Source: Candidatus Limnocylindrales bacterium
GTDB taxonomy: Bacteria; Chloroflexota; Limnocylindria; Limnocylindrales; CSP1-4
Assembly (NCBI GenBank): GCA_046707905.1
Contig: JBKKDM010000126.1
Coordinates: forward strand, 2,405-66,404
Length of the DNA stretch: 64,000 nucleotides
Direction of reading: 5' to 3'
Shown here: in pieces, positions 44,990 to 54,786 of the stretch
Position numbering within the stretch: the first letter of the stretch is position 1
Layout: the number at the start of each line of letters is the position of its first letter
The notes under the pieces: generated by a model
Databases searched by the model: none
What the model was told of the DNA's origin: nothing
What the model saw: the letters and a program-made list of their open reading frames with translations, nothing else
Made by a program: the position numbers and the translations under genes

Positions 44990-45045
44990 GGGGAGTTGGC
45001 TGGCGAGGAAGGATTCGAACCTTCAACCGCCTGATCCAGAGTCAG
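44990..45045 (-). repeat. tRNA-Gln(CUG) 3'-half fragment, copy A (att-like direct repeat)
   Basis: Minus strand reads CTGA-CTCTGGA-TCAGG CGGTT GAAGG-TTCGAAT-CCTTC CTCGCCA G CCA plus 7 nt. There is no D arm or 5' acceptor strand upstream. It is 54/56 identical to copy B. Confidence 0.7.
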
Positions 45046-45205
45046 ACGACGTGGATCGGGTTTTGCAAGCCGATCTTGAAGCTCAGCCCAGCGCCTCGCG
45101 CCGTCTGAATCCGGGAGTGCCAGGCGAACCCTCCCAGAGCGTCATGCGCACTACCGAATTCGTTGGTGAATCACGCGATTCACGGTGCGGCGCAAATGCC
45201 CCTGG

Positions 45206-45718
45206 TCACCGAGCCCGTGCCGTGACGGCGGGCGCCTCGAGCGTCGTCGCGATCTCCTTCGCCCAAGCTTCGATCTCGTCCCACGGGCGATAGTCACCTT
45301 CGGTAGCGCCGACCATCTGGACGAGCACCTTCTCTCCGAAGCCAAGCTGCTGCTTATCGAGGCGTCCACCGAAGATCCGATGCTCCCGGGCCCCGGACTG
45401 CTCCAACATCGGGGCGGCATCGACGGGCAATCCCTCCGGCTTCAGTGGAGCACCGATGGGACCCGTCGAGAACAGCCAAACCGGGAGTGCGCGCATCCGC
45501 GACGAGGTGCGCGCCACGAGATCTTTGGCGGGCTTCAGCCAATGACCGGCGTAGATCGCGGAGCCGAGGATGACGCCGTCGTAGCCGTCCAGGTGCCCGA
45601 CATCCTCAGGCCTCCGCTCATCGACCTCGATGTCGGCGCGCTTCAGCACTGTCGCGATCGCATGGGCGACCTCAGTCGTCGCGTCGTGGCGCGACGCCGC
45701 GCTTACCAAGATTCGCAT
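45206..45718 (-). CDS. Flavodoxin-domain protein (HemG-like/long-chain flavodoxin-like)
   Basis: MRILVSAASRHDATTEVAHAIATVL...YDGVILGSAIYAGHWL...LPVWLFSTGPIG. Confidence 0.75.
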   Translation of the reverse strand: MRILVSAASRHDATTEVAHAIATVLKRADIEVDERRPEDVGHLDGYDGVILGSAIYAGHWLKPAKDLVARTSSRMRALPVWLFSTGPIGAPLKPEGLPVDAAPMLEQSGAREHRIFGGRLDKQQLGFGEKVLVQMVGATEGDYRPWDEIEAWAKEIATTLEAPAVTARAR

Positions 45719-45781
45719 CGTTGAACCTCCTTCGGGTCCTCAGTGGCTACGCGCCCGGACCCGATTGCATCTCTCTCGCGT

Positions 45782-46468
45782 TCATGCCGGGCCTGCGGTT
45801 GGGTCGCCGTCGGCACGGCCGGACAGATAGCCGCCGAAGGCGATGACCCACAGGATCACCGGATAGACGATCCAGCGCTCGATCCCGCCGATGCCGAGGG
45901 CGGTCATGGGAGAGCCGTCGCCGAGGACCAAGGTCGAGGTCAAGGTGACGAGCGAGACGGCTCCCAGGAGGAGGGAGACGAAGCGGAAGGGCGCTGTGGT
46001 GACTCGAGCAGCGCTGATGGCGGCCACTCCGCCGGCCACGAAGGTGACCATCGCGAACATCTGATGCGGTGCGCCGGTGTTGCCGGGAAAGAGGCCAACG
46101 CCGAGAGCACCGATGCCGAGGATCGTCAGCGGGATGGTCACAGATCGTCGGCCGAAGGCCCGATGAACGAACCATGAGCCAGCCATGACCAGGATCCCGA
46201 TCGCCGCCATCGAAACGTCGAAGATCATGGCCGACGGCTGGAAGATGAGGCTGTTGGGTGGGCGTGTCCCGCCGAGATCGCTGATCTCGCTGCCGCCGGT
46301 CGTATACGCACTCGGGTAGAGCGCTTCGGCGGTGATGATGCCCATCAGGATGGTCACGCCGGCGATGATGAGCAGGGAGCCTCCGAGCCGGAGGTCGGTC
46401 GCCCACGTGCGACCGGCGGCGGTAACCCGCATCACGTTTGCCGCCAGGGTGCCGCTCGACGTGGTCAT
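45782..46468 (-). CDS. DUF998-family membrane protein
   Basis: 228 aa with about 6 TM segments. The pattern ISDLG...GLFPGN...H..FA is typical of DUF998. Confidence 0.65.
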   Translation of the reverse strand: MTTSSGTLAANVMRVTAAGRTWATDLRLGGSLLIIAGVTILMGIITAEALYPSAYTTGGSEISDLGGTRPPNSLIFQPSAMIFDVSMAAIGILVMAGSWFVHRAFGRRSVTIPLTILGIGALGVGLFPGNTGAPHQMFAMVTFVAGGVAAISAARVTTAPFRFVSLLLGAVSLVTLTSTLVLGDGSPMTALGIGGIERWIVYPVILWVIAFGGYLSGRADGDPTAGPA

Positions 46469-46872
46469 GCGGCGGCTCCCAGCGGGTTGGTCTGCCTTGC
46501 GGACTCGCGAGTGCCGTCTGGCCCGGCGACCAGGTACACGAGCATCGCGATGAACCCGAAGCTCAATAGGCCCAGCACCAGCAGGAGGATGAACCAGGTC
46601 TTGTCCTCAAGCCGGGAGGTGTTGAGCACGGCGCCGATCCAGGCCACGAACTGGGCGAGTGCCCCGCCGATGACGGCGAGGATGCCGACGATCGCGAGTC
46701 CGGCAATCGACCAGCTGAACGCCCACGGGTGGATCCCGACGACGTCGGGCCCACGCATGATGAAGGTGCCGTTGGCATAGGCGAGGACCAACCCTGCGCC
46801 GAGGAGCACGAGGCCGCCGACGATGGCGACGAGGCTTCCGATGAAGATCTTGGTGACGGTCGACTTGGTCAT
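46465..46872 (-). CDS. Hypothetical membrane protein (4 TM)
   Basis: Starts at ATG 46872 (MTKSTVTKIFIGSLVAIVGGLVLLG...). Its stop overlaps the start of the DUF998 gene. Confidence 0.5.
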   Translation of the reverse strand: MTKSTVTKIFIGSLVAIVGGLVLLGAGLVLAYANGTFIMRGPDVVGIHPWAFSWSIAGLAIVGILAVIGGALAQFVAWIGAVLNTSRLEDKTWFILLLVLGLLSFGFIAMLVYLVAGPDGTRESARQTNPLGAAA

Positions 46873-47059
46873 GGCGTGCCTTCCCGATGAGTGACAAGAC
46901 CCAACCCGGGTCGATGTCATCTGACACCCGCGAGATTGCGCGGCGATAGGGCCATCTGGCGGGTCATCCGAGGCGAAGTGGCCCTATGACCAGAGGGCGC
47001 GCCACTGGATGCTTCTCGTGGCGCATCAGGCGCCGCGACCGAAGCAACAAGGTGTCCTA

Positions 47060-47905
47060 ATGCGCACGATCCCGAACCGACTCGCCGCCATCGCCACAGT
47101 CCTCGCCGCCGCCGCCGCGTTGGCTGGCCTCGCCCTCACCGGGTTGTACGTCGATGCACCCAACTGGGCGCAGCAGGCGCGCGGCACAGATCTGGCGACG
47201 TTGTTCCTCGCAGTTCCTGTCCTTGGCGTCGGCCTATGGATGTCACTACGAGCCTCGTCGGCAGGCTCGTCGGCTGGACGCCTCGCGGTCGTCGCCGGGC
47301 TGCTGTACCTCGTCTACAACTACGCGATCTTTGCGTTCGCGGTGGCGATGAATCCGCTCACAGCCGTATACATCGCCATCTTCGGCCTTGCCCTGTGGAG
47401 CCTCGTGCTGACCGGGCGCGCGGCGGTCGAAGGCTCTTACGACGTTGCTGATGGTCTCAATCGGCGCGCGGCCGGGGGGCTCCTGATCGGCGTCGCCGCG
47501 ATGTTCGGGCTCTTGTGGCTCGGAGAGATCGCGGCCGCGAGCATCACGGGCGTTTTGCCGCCGGAGCTTGTCAAGGCGGGTATCTCCAGTAACCCTGTGT
47601 ACGCTCTCGATCTTGCGTTCTTCCTGCCGCTCTGCGCCATCGCCGGGATCGGCGTGCTGCGCCGGACCAGCGCCGCGGCCTTCGCCTTCCCGATGCTCAT
47701 CTGGGCCGCCCTCATGGGAGCTGGCGTAGTTGGCGGCTTCCTCCTGATGGCAGCAGCCGGCGACCAGATCGCGGCGCCAGTGGTGGTCGCCATCGGCGGT
47801 CTCAGTGTCGCGTCCTCGATCCTGGCTGCGGTCGCCGTCGTCCGACAAAGTTCAGCCACCGGGCTCGCCCGGACCTCCCCCAGTCCCGCATACCTCGAAG
47901 GATGA
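47060..47905 (+). CDS. Hypothetical polytopic membrane protein
   Basis: Starts at ATG 47060 (MRTIPNRLAAIATVLAAAAALAGL...). About 8 hydrophobic helices and no recognised family. Confidence 0.55.
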   Translation: MRTIPNRLAAIATVLAAAAALAGLALTGLYVDAPNWAQQARGTDLATLFLAVPVLGVGLWMSLRASSAGSSAGRLAVVAGLLYLVYNYAIFAFAVAMNPLTAVYIAIFGLALWSLVLTGRAAVEGSYDVADGLNRRAAGGLLIGVAAMFGLLWLGEIAAASITGVLPPELVKAGISSNPVYALDLAFFLPLCAIAGIGVLRRTSAAAFAFPMLIWAALMGAGVVGGFLLMAAAGDQIAAPVVVAIGGLSVASSILAAVAVVRQSSATGLARTSPSPAYLEG

Positions 47906-48480
47906 ACGCCATGGTTCTCGACGAACGCCTGATCGCGGACGCAACCGGGCCCTCGGGTGCGCCGCCACCCCGTCCGTTCAGCGACACTCCGCAGTTCAAG
48001 GTGATGCGCGTCGTTGTCGGCGTGTTCAACCCGCTCATTCGACGCCTGCTTGGAAGTCGATTCGCCGGGCCCATGGCCAACAACCTGATGTTGCTTCGCT
48101 TCCGCGGACGCACGAGCGGGAGCTGGCACACCACGCCGGTTGGCTACGCCCGCGAAGGAAACCAAGTCGTGGTTGTCACCTCGCCGACCTATCGGTGGTG
48201 GCGGAATGTCGTCGAGCCCGCTCCCGTACAGGTCCGTCTCGACGGCCGATGGTTCGACGCCATCGCGCGTGTGCTTCGACCGGATGACCCCGAAGACGAT
48301 CCGGCCTACAACGCCGCCGTCGCCATGCAGGTCCGCAAGCGCGGCCCACGCTTGCTTCGTGGATTCGGTATCCCGGTGACGGACGATGGTCAGGTTCCCA
48401 CCTTCGTCCGCGCCACGGCGGGAACGCGGGCCCACATCGTGCAAATGGAACTGAGCAGCGGGATCCCCAGCCCCGCGTGA
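47902..48480 (+). CDS. Deazaflavin (F420H2)-dependent nitroreductase/quinone reductase family protein (DUF385/Ddn-like)
   Basis: NPLIRRLLGSRFAGPMANNLMLLRFRGRTSGSWHTTPVGYAREGNQVVVVTSPTYRWWRNV matches the DUF385 core as remembered. Confidence 0.7.
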   Translation: MNAMVLDERLIADATGPSGAPPPRPFSDTPQFKVMRVVVGVFNPLIRRLLGSRFAGPMANNLMLLRFRGRTSGSWHTTPVGYAREGNQVVVVTSPTYRWWRNVVEPAPVQVRLDGRWFDAIARVLRPDDPEDDPAYNAAVAMQVRKRGPRLLRGFGIPVTDDGQVPTFVRATAGTRAHIVQMELSSGIPSPA

Positions 48481-49502
48481 CCGCCGAGCCCGGAGGAGAT
48501 CAAGCCATCCCAAGCGTGGAGCCAGCGTCACTCAAGGGAGGTCAGCCTCGAGGAGCCGCCGTGACCGAACCTGAAGTTCATGCTGTCGCCGGTCTCGGGC
48601 CGGTCGGACGAGCTGTGATCGACGAGCTCGTAGCCAGGGGGCTCCCGGTGCGGGCCATCGCTCGCGATTCGGTCGCGGGCCTGCCACGAGATGTCGACCT
48701 CGTTCAGGTAGACCTGACCGATGCCGCCGCCGTGGGCCGCGCCTTGGCCGGCGCGGCTGTCGTGTATCACACCGCCAGTGGCCCCTACGACCGCTGGCCA
48801 GAGCTCCTGCCGCCGCTGATGCGCAGCATTCTCGTTGCGGCGGCGGCCACGAACGCCCGCGTCGTCTACGCCGACAATCTCTACGCCTTCGGACCGGTCG
48901 ACGCATCGCTGACTGAAGACCTCGAGTCTCGCGCCGAGGGCCCGAATGGTCGCGTCCGGGCGACGCTGGCCGGTGAGCTCATGAGGGCTCACGCGGCAGG
49001 CAAGGTCCGGGCGACGATCGGGCGCGCATCCGACTATTACGGCCCTCGGGGTCGCCAATCGATGGCCGGCGAGCGACTTTTCGTGCCCGCCCTGGCCGGC
49101 AAGCCGACGCAGGTACTCGGGGATCCTGACCTACCCCATACCTTCACGTTTCTTGGTGACTACGCTCGTGGCCTGGTCACCCTCGGCACGCGCGACCAAG
49201 CTCTCGGAGAGGTGTGGCACCTGCCCAGCGCGGAAACCATAACGACGCGCGCGTTCATAAACCTGGTCTTCGAGGTAGCGGGGCAGCAGCCCAAGCTCCG
49301 TGTGCTGCCGGGATCCCTCCTGACGGTCCTCGCTCTGTTCAATCCGACGCTGCGCGCGGTCCGGGAGCAGCGTTACCAGCGCGAGGCGCCGTGGATCGTC
49401 GACCACACGAAGTTCGCCCGGGCCTTCGGAGCACAAACGACGCCCCACCGGGCGGCGATCGCGGCGACCCTCGACTGGTACGGCGGAGCGGACCGGTCAT
49501 GA
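48477..49502 (+). CDS. NAD-dependent epimerase/dehydratase-family (extended SDR) protein
   Basis: Rossmann motif VAGLGPVGRAVIDELVARG. About 310-340 aa. The start is uncertain; an in-frame GTG near 48561 is also possible. Confidence 0.75.
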   Translation: MTAEPGGDQAIPSVEPASLKGGQPRGAAVTEPEVHAVAGLGPVGRAVIDELVARGLPVRAIARDSVAGLPRDVDLVQVDLTDAAAVGRALAGAAVVYHTASGPYDRWPELLPPLMRSILVAAAATNARVVYADNLYAFGPVDASLTEDLESRAEGPNGRVRATLAGELMRAHAAGKVRATIGRASDYYGPRGRQSMAGERLFVPALAGKPTQVLGDPDLPHTFTFLGDYARGLVTLGTRDQALGEVWHLPSAETITTRAFINLVFEVAGQQPKLRVLPGSLLTVLALFNPTLRAVREQRYQREAPWIVDHTKFARAFGAQTTPHRAAIAATLDWYGGADRS

Positions 49503-49616
49503 TTTGGACGTTGATGGGCGGGGCCGACGGCGATCCGACCCTTGGCGATCGAAGCCCGGGCGGAGGAGCCTCGAGTGGTGCCTGACGTTCACCCTGGCCC
49601 ATACCCAACTGGGGCC

Positions 49617-50216
49617 ATGACGCGGGCTGGTTTCGCCCTCGCGGCGGGTGCACTGGCCGGCCCGGCGCTCGTCGGATTCATCCTCGCGGCCGCTGCCAGT
49701 ACTCCAGGCTACAGCCACCTCTCGGAGACCGTCAGTCAGCTCGGAGCGCTGGGCCGCCCGCACCCGGAGATCATGAGCGTCGGCTTTGGTGTCTTTGGGG
49801 CCCTCGTCTGCCTGTTCGCCGCAGGCGTCCGCGGCGCACTCCCGGAAGGTCGGGGTCGAACTTCGGCTTGGCTTGGGCTCCTGATCTTCGGAGCTGCGGT
49901 AGCGCTCACGGGGATCTTCCAGGATCACGACCTCCGTGATGGCGTCGCCCCCTCAACCGAAGGGGATCTGCACACCCTCTTCGCCACGGTTGCCGTGCTC
50001 GGCCTGTTGATCGCGCTGCTTGGGACGACACGAGCATCCAACCTACCGAAGCCCCTCGGGCGCGCTTCACTGGTCGCCTTCGTCGCCGTGCTCGGGCTGG
50101 GTGCGGCCTCCGTCGTGAGTCCCGGCGACATCGTGGGGCTCGTGCAGCGTGCGCTCTATGCCGTGACGGTGATCTGGATGGCCGCCGTATCGATCGGGTT
50201 GCTCCGCCGGAGCTAG
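49617..50216 (+). CDS. DUF998-family membrane protein (second copy in this block)
   Basis: Starts at ATG 49617 (MTRAGFALAAGALAGPALVGFILAAAAS..YSHLSETVSQLG...), about 6 TM segments. Confidence 0.6.
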   Translation: MTRAGFALAAGALAGPALVGFILAAAASTPGYSHLSETVSQLGALGRPHPEIMSVGFGVFGALVCLFAAGVRGALPEGRGRTSAWLGLLIFGAAVALTGIFQDHDLRDGVAPSTEGDLHTLFATVAVLGLLIALLGTTRASNLPKPLGRASLVAFVAVLGLGAASVVSPGDIVGLVQRALYAVTVIWMAAVSIGLLRRS

Positions 50217-50528
50217 GCGGCACTTACCCTCAATGAGGTCGGCGAGTGACGTCCCCCCATGGCGGTCCTTCGTCTCCCGGGGCATTCGTCGGCTTCTGGT
50301 TCGAAGCGTCCTCCAGCGACCTCCTGAACTTGGCGTACCGTCGAGGAACAGCACGGGACTGCGCCTTGCGGTCCGTCCACGTACATGTCAAGTGTTGGCC
50401 CATCCGGCGTGCCGGTTCGTGAACTGAAGATCCATTCGTCGGCCTCGCATAGTCGTCCTCGAGCCCGAGCCTGATCCGGACCGCTGCACTAATGTGGAAG
50501 CCAGAGCGACGAACCAGGAGATGCCGAG

Positions 50529-51071
50529 ATGGGATTCCTCGACCGCAATCGACGCGAACGGGCGCCCGCGAACGACGAACGGGCCATCGAGCGCTATCGC
50601 TACATGCTGTCCACCGCACCGCCCGAGGACATCGAGCGGGCGCACGAAGAAGCGTTCGCCCGCCTGAGCCCGGAGCAGCGACGTGCCGTGCTCGACCAGC
50701 TCGCAAAGCACGTCCCGCCCGGCGAGGCGCGTGGCGACGATCCGGCGTCGCTGGCCCGAACTGCGACCCGGGCGGAGGTGCGCCAGCCCGGCACGATCGA
50801 CCGGGCATTCGGTGGCGGGTTCGCCGCGCCGAGCCTCGGCTCGTACTTTCTCACAGTACTGGCCGCGAGCTTCATCGGCAGTGCCGTCGCGCAGTCGTTC
50901 TTCGCGAACGATGCAGGCGAGGGCGGCGACGCGGGAGCGGATGGCGACGGTGCCGCGGAATCAGTCGAAGGAGGGGACACCGCCGATGCAGATGCGGGGG
51001 CGAGCGGTGACTTTGGGGGTGACGGCGAATTCGGCGGCGATATGGGCGGCGGGGACTTCGGCGGCTTCTGA
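50529..51071 (+). CDS. Hypothetical protein with one TM helix and an acidic Gly/Asp-rich tail
   Basis: 180 aa: MGFLDRNRRERAPANDERAIERYRYML..., TM helix YFLTVLAASFIGSAVAQSFF, tail GGDAGADGDGAAES...GGDFGGF. Confidence 0.5.
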   Translation: MGFLDRNRRERAPANDERAIERYRYMLSTAPPEDIERAHEEAFARLSPEQRRAVLDQLAKHVPPGEARGDDPASLARTATRAEVRQPGTIDRAFGGGFAAPSLGSYFLTVLAASFIGSAVAQSFFANDAGEGGDAGADGDGAAESVEGGDTADADAGASGDFGGDGEFGGDMGGGDFGGF

Positions 51072-51176
51072 CCCGTCCGTGGTCGAGGCGAAGGCGGGTC
51101 GGCGAAGGGAAGTAGGGGGCGGTCGTTCAGCTCTGTCCGCAGCCGGTCGAGGGAAGTTCTCGCAGGCGGTCGAAGC

Positions 51177-52271
51177 TCAGGCGCGCCCAGCGATGATGAC
51201 TGGGATCGAGACGGCGGATCGGAGAGAACCAGGCGCCATCCCGCGGATCCGCTCGGCGAGGCTCGGCTGCGCGCCGTCTGGTGGGAGGACCACGATTGCC
51301 CCTCCGAAGCGGTGTGCGGCGTCGGCCAACCCGTCGGCTCCGGCCTTGGTGGGGTACCAGGCGCCCGCCTCGACGCTGGACGAGCGTGCCGCGTCGAGGA
51401 AGTCGGCGACGGAATTGTGGCCCTCGCGTCTGGCGGTGTCGGCATCGAATAGGCGCTCCGGTGATGGCCGGCCGGCGTCATCCCCGCGGAGGTCCGAATA
51501 CGGGCTGGTGAACCCCTCCGCGCTCCGATCGACGAAGACGACCCGCCGCCTCTCGCGCCGGGCCATGCCGAGGGCCGCGACGACCGCGTCGCGATCGGCA
51601 CCGCGTCCTACGGCCACGATGATCGCGCCATCGCCGGCATCCGCCGGCACCGAGGGTGCTTGTCCAGCGGCATTGACGCTTGCCGCGATCCGTTGGGCGA
51701 CCTCCGACAACGGTCGCGGCTTGCGAGGCGTGGGCGGAGCACTGAGCGGACGCAGCGTGGCGAGCAGCAGGGCGACGACATCGGGATCATCCGACACGAA
51801 TCCGACGAACCGCTTCCCCGGCGTGGCGGCGCCGCCGACGCCGAAGCGGGCTTTGTCGCCGAGCTCGAACGACACGAAGGCCAGTGGCTCCGGCCGATCG
51901 GAGACCAGGAACCACTGGGCGTCAAGCTGGCTGGTGTCGTTGCGGGCCTCGCGGTAGTCAAGCGCGGCCAGGCGGGGATCGGCGGGTCGCGGCCCGATCG
52001 CCCAAGCCGTGATCTCGGTGTTCGCCGCGAGAAGGTCGACGTAGCGGTCGACCTCCAGGAGGAGCTTGTCGGCCTTCTGGAACCCGACGAACAGACGTCC
52101 GCCGCGCGCGGCTCGCTCGATCTGCCGGGTCGTCCTCAGCATGGCCCGCGGCTCATAGGTGAACCTCGTCGCGTCGGGGGCGCGGCCGAGCGCCTCCGCG
52201 AGGCGCCGGCCGATCTCGAAGACTCCGGCGTCCCCGGAGCCCGCGGGGTAGGTCCAGTCCATGGCGGCCAT
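51177..52271 (-). CDS. Hypothetical two-domain protein (N-terminal DICT-like sensory domain, C-terminal USP/adenine-nucleotide-alpha-hydrolase-like domain)
   Basis: Starts at ATG 52271 (MAAMDWTYPAG...). The N-terminal half (RQIERAARGGRLFVGFQKADKLL...AQWFLVSD...FVSFEL) resembles DICT. The C-terminal half (AIIVAVGRGADRDAVV...GGAIVVLPP...IPVIIAG) resembles USP. Both calls are tentative. Confidence 0.45.
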   Translation of the reverse strand: MAAMDWTYPAGSGDAGVFEIGRRLAEALGRAPDATRFTYEPRAMLRTTRQIERAARGGRLFVGFQKADKLLLEVDRYVDLLAANTEITAWAIGPRPADPRLAALDYREARNDTSQLDAQWFLVSDRPEPLAFVSFELGDKARFGVGGAATPGKRFVGFVSDDPDVVALLLATLRPLSAPPTPRKPRPLSEVAQRIAASVNAAGQAPSVPADAGDGAIIVAVGRGADRDAVVAALGMARRERRRVVFVDRSAEGFTSPYSDLRGDDAGRPSPERLFDADTARREGHNSVADFLDAARSSSVEAGAWYPTKAGADGLADAAHRFGGAIVVLPPDGAQPSLAERIRGMAPGSLRSAVSIPVIIAGRA

Positions 52272-52388
52272 CCGTCTCCAACTTCCTTTGAGGCCAAGGA
52301 GCGCCGCGCACCGGCGGACACCCTTCGCCACGAGCTACATCAGGCGACCCGTGGCGGACGGGCCCGGCGACACCCGCAGCATGGCACA

Positions 52389-52468
52389 CTTGTATATAGT
52401 TTGTCTAATCTCAGGAAGGCTTGACCGCCTCGGTCCAATTCCCATAACCTGTACAAACAGTGAACAAG
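52389..52468. promoter_or_regulatory. AT-rich divergent promoter region with an imperfect inverted repeat
   Basis: CTTGTATATAGTTTGT (52389-52404) and ACAAACAGTGAACAAG (52453-52468) match 12/16 as an inverted repeat. They lie in a locally AT-rich gap between divergent genes. Confidence 0.3.
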
Positions 52469-52485
52469 CGGCGCCCACAACCTCG

Positions 52486-54786
52486 ATGGTCAGCGTGATG
52501 TCGATCTCCATGTCGACCGCTGTTCGCCCCCGGCTGGCTTCCATCGCACCGTCAATGTCCACCCTGGTGGGACTCCAGCGGATCGCCGATGCCCGCTCCA
52601 TCCTGGAGGCAATCCGGGCGACCCCACTGGCCGTGGCCGAGATGGAGGCCGCCGTCGACTTCGAGACCGCGGCACCCTCCATCATTCGAGAGCTGGTCAC
52701 CGCCGTCCGCGACGATGCCGATTCCGTGACTGGCATCGGTGCTGTTCATGTCCTGGCCGCCGTCCCTGGTGGCCGGGCTGATCGCGCGATCGCCGAACTG
52801 CTGCGACGGGGTCCCGGTCCGGTACCCGCGCATGCGGCATGGGCCAGCGCCGGCCGAGCGCCGGCGGCCGAGCTGCTCGAGCCCCTGGTCGACCTCCTGA
52901 TCACGGGTGGCCTGGCCGGCATGCACGCGCAGGCGGTGCTGGCTGAATGGGCCCGGCGGGCGCCAAGGATGGTCGCGGCCACCCTGCGAATGGGGCTTGC
53001 CAGAACGACCCGTGGGGACGGCCGCCGCGCCATCATCGAGACACTCGGACTCGTTCCCGATCTGGGGGTGCTTCCGGACCTCGCCGTCGTGGCCGCCGAT
53101 GGCAGGGAGGCGGACGTCGTCCGCGTCGCGGCGATCGCCGCACTCGGGGACGAACTTCGTGCCCCGATGCCGCGAGCGATCGCGGCCCTGGCCCGCGGTG
53201 ACAACCGGGTCGCAGACGCAGTGCGCCTCGCCGAATCCGATCGCGCCCTGCGACGTCTCGACTTCGTGGGTGGTCGGTCGTCACTCCGGAGACAGTCAGC
53301 GGCCGCGGCGGCACCCGGAGGCGTGCGCATGGCCCAGATTCATCTCGGCGCGGTGCTCGATCCCGACCTCCGCCAGTCCGGCGTCGGCGATACCGGTGGC
53401 ATAGCCACGCTGCTGGTACGACTCGGCGTTGCCCTCGCGCGCACGCCGGGAATCGCAGAAGTCATCACGATCGGCCGTGGCACCGTGCGCAACGCCCTTG
53501 ACGCTTCTCAGCAACCCGAAGGCGGCCCCCGATACGTGCCTGTGGCCCTCGAACCCGAAGCCGGTACGGGATTCAGCGACTCCTGGCCGGCCCGTATCTC
53601 GACGGAGCGCGAATTGCGGCGATTATTCCGTGCCCACGGCCGGCCGGACATCATCCACCTCCGGATGGCGGATGTCGGCACCCTGGCCGCAGCGAATGCC
53701 GCCACGACCCTCGGGATCCCCACCGTGTTCAGCCTCGCACCGGACCCACACGGGGTGATTGCCAGCCGCGAAGCGTCGGGCGATCTCGACCGAAGGAGCT
53801 TCGGCATCGAGGACTCCTCACTCAACTTGTGGTACCGCGTGCGGCTGGTGGAGCGCCTGGCACGGCAAGCCGCGCACGTGGCGCTTTTTCCGCGGGAGCG
53901 ACTGATCGAACAGCTGCGCGAGCTCGTCGGCATCGATGTCAATGCCTCGCCGGGTTCGTTCACGGTCGTACCGGAAGGAATCGACATTGCGCAGATCAGG
54001 CGCGCAGTCGCCGCTGGCGCGGGCTTGCCGGCCATACGACGACCCGGCCCCGCGAGTCCACGCGGCGCTGGTGCAGGCGGACCTGGTAGCGCGGCGGCGA
54101 CTGGCGCGCTGGCCGCCCTCCTCGATCGTGTCTCGGCGCTGCCGCCGACCCGCCACGGGCTGCCGATCGTGCTGTCCGTCGGACGGTTGAACGAGCTGAA
54201 AGGCATGGCGCGGTTGGCAGAGGCGTTCGCATCGGATGCAGCGTTGCGGGCCAGGGCGAACCTGGTCATCGTCGGTGGGGATCTTGTCGATCCATCCGCG
54301 GCTGAAGCGAGCGAGCTGGCCCGGATCAGGGCGGCAATGGCTGCGCAACCGGACGTGGCAACAGCGCTCATCCTGCTGGGACACCGGCCCAACGGCGAGG
54401 TTGCCCAGCTGCTCGCGGCGGTCCGGCATGGCGTGAGAACCCTGATCGGGGCGGGCGGAGCCTATGCCTGCGCGAGTCGCAAGGAGGAGTTCGGCCTTGC
54501 GATCGTGGAGGCCCTGGCCGCCGGATTGCCGGTCGTTGCTCCGCTGGCGGGCGGGCCGGCCACGTATGTCGAGGAGGGCCGTACTGGGATGCTCGTGAAC
54601 ACGGACGACACCAACGCCCTGGCCGGCGGCGTGGCGCGTGCCCTCGACCTCGCTGATCAGCCCGGTCGGGCCGAGTACGCCGCCGCATCGATGGCTTCGA
54701 GGTATGACATCTCCGGAATGGCGGAGGCCATGTCGTCGATCTATCGCCGTGTGGCGATCGGTTCGCGCGACTCGCTCGCTTCGTGA
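52486..54786 (+). CDS. HEAT-repeat domain fused to a sucrose-phosphate-synthase-like GT4 glycosyltransferase
   Basis: ATG 52486 is in frame with ORF 52261. The N-terminal roughly 300 aa is Ala/Leu-rich with HEAT-like repeats (RRAIIETLGLVPD, VVRVAAIAALGDEL). The GT-B domain follows (GDTGGIATLLVRLG..., HLRMADVGTLAA...PTVFSLAPDPH..., C-terminal EEFGLAIVEALAAGLPVVA). Confidence 0.7.
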   Translation: MVSVMSISMSTAVRPRLASIAPSMSTLVGLQRIADARSILEAIRATPLAVAEMEAAVDFETAAPSIIRELVTAVRDDADSVTGIGAVHVLAAVPGGRADRAIAELLRRGPGPVPAHAAWASAGRAPAAELLEPLVDLLITGGLAGMHAQAVLAEWARRAPRMVAATLRMGLARTTRGDGRRAIIETLGLVPDLGVLPDLAVVAADGREADVVRVAAIAALGDELRAPMPRAIAALARGDNRVADAVRLAESDRALRRLDFVGGRSSLRRQSAAAAAPGGVRMAQIHLGAVLDPDLRQSGVGDTGGIATLLVRLGVALARTPGIAEVITIGRGTVRNALDASQQPEGGPRYVPVALEPEAGTGFSDSWPARISTERELRRLFRAHGRPDIIHLRMADVGTLAAANAATTLGIPTVFSLAPDPHGVIASREASGDLDRRSFGIEDSSLNLWYRVRLVERLARQAAHVALFPRERLIEQLRELVGIDVNASPGSFTVVPEGIDIAQIRRAVAAGAGLPAIRRPGPASPRGAGAGGPGSAAATGALAALLDRVSALPPTRHGLPIVLSVGRLNELKGMARLAEAFASDAALRARANLVIVGGDLVDPSAAEASELARIRAAMAAQPDVATALILLGHRPNGEVAQLLAAVRHGVRTLIGAGGAYACASRKEEFGLAIVEALAAGLPVVAPLAGGPATYVEEGRTGMLVNTDDTNALAGGVARALDLADQPGRAEYAAASMASRYDISGMAEAMSSIYRRVAIGSRDSLAS

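Noticed and set aside
44997-45045. Calling the two tRNA-like elements (44997-45045 and 56239-56287) intact tRNA-Gln genes.
   Set aside because: On the minus strand, the roughly 26 nt preceding the anticodon stem contain no D arm and no TGGCGAG acceptor strand in either copy. Only the anticodon loop through CCA is present.
45163-45180. The GTGAATC-ACGC-GATTCAC palindrome downstream of the flavodoxin gene as a terminator.
   Set aside because: It has only a 7-bp stem, no U-tract on the relevant strand and modest GC. It could equally be a protein-binding site or chance.
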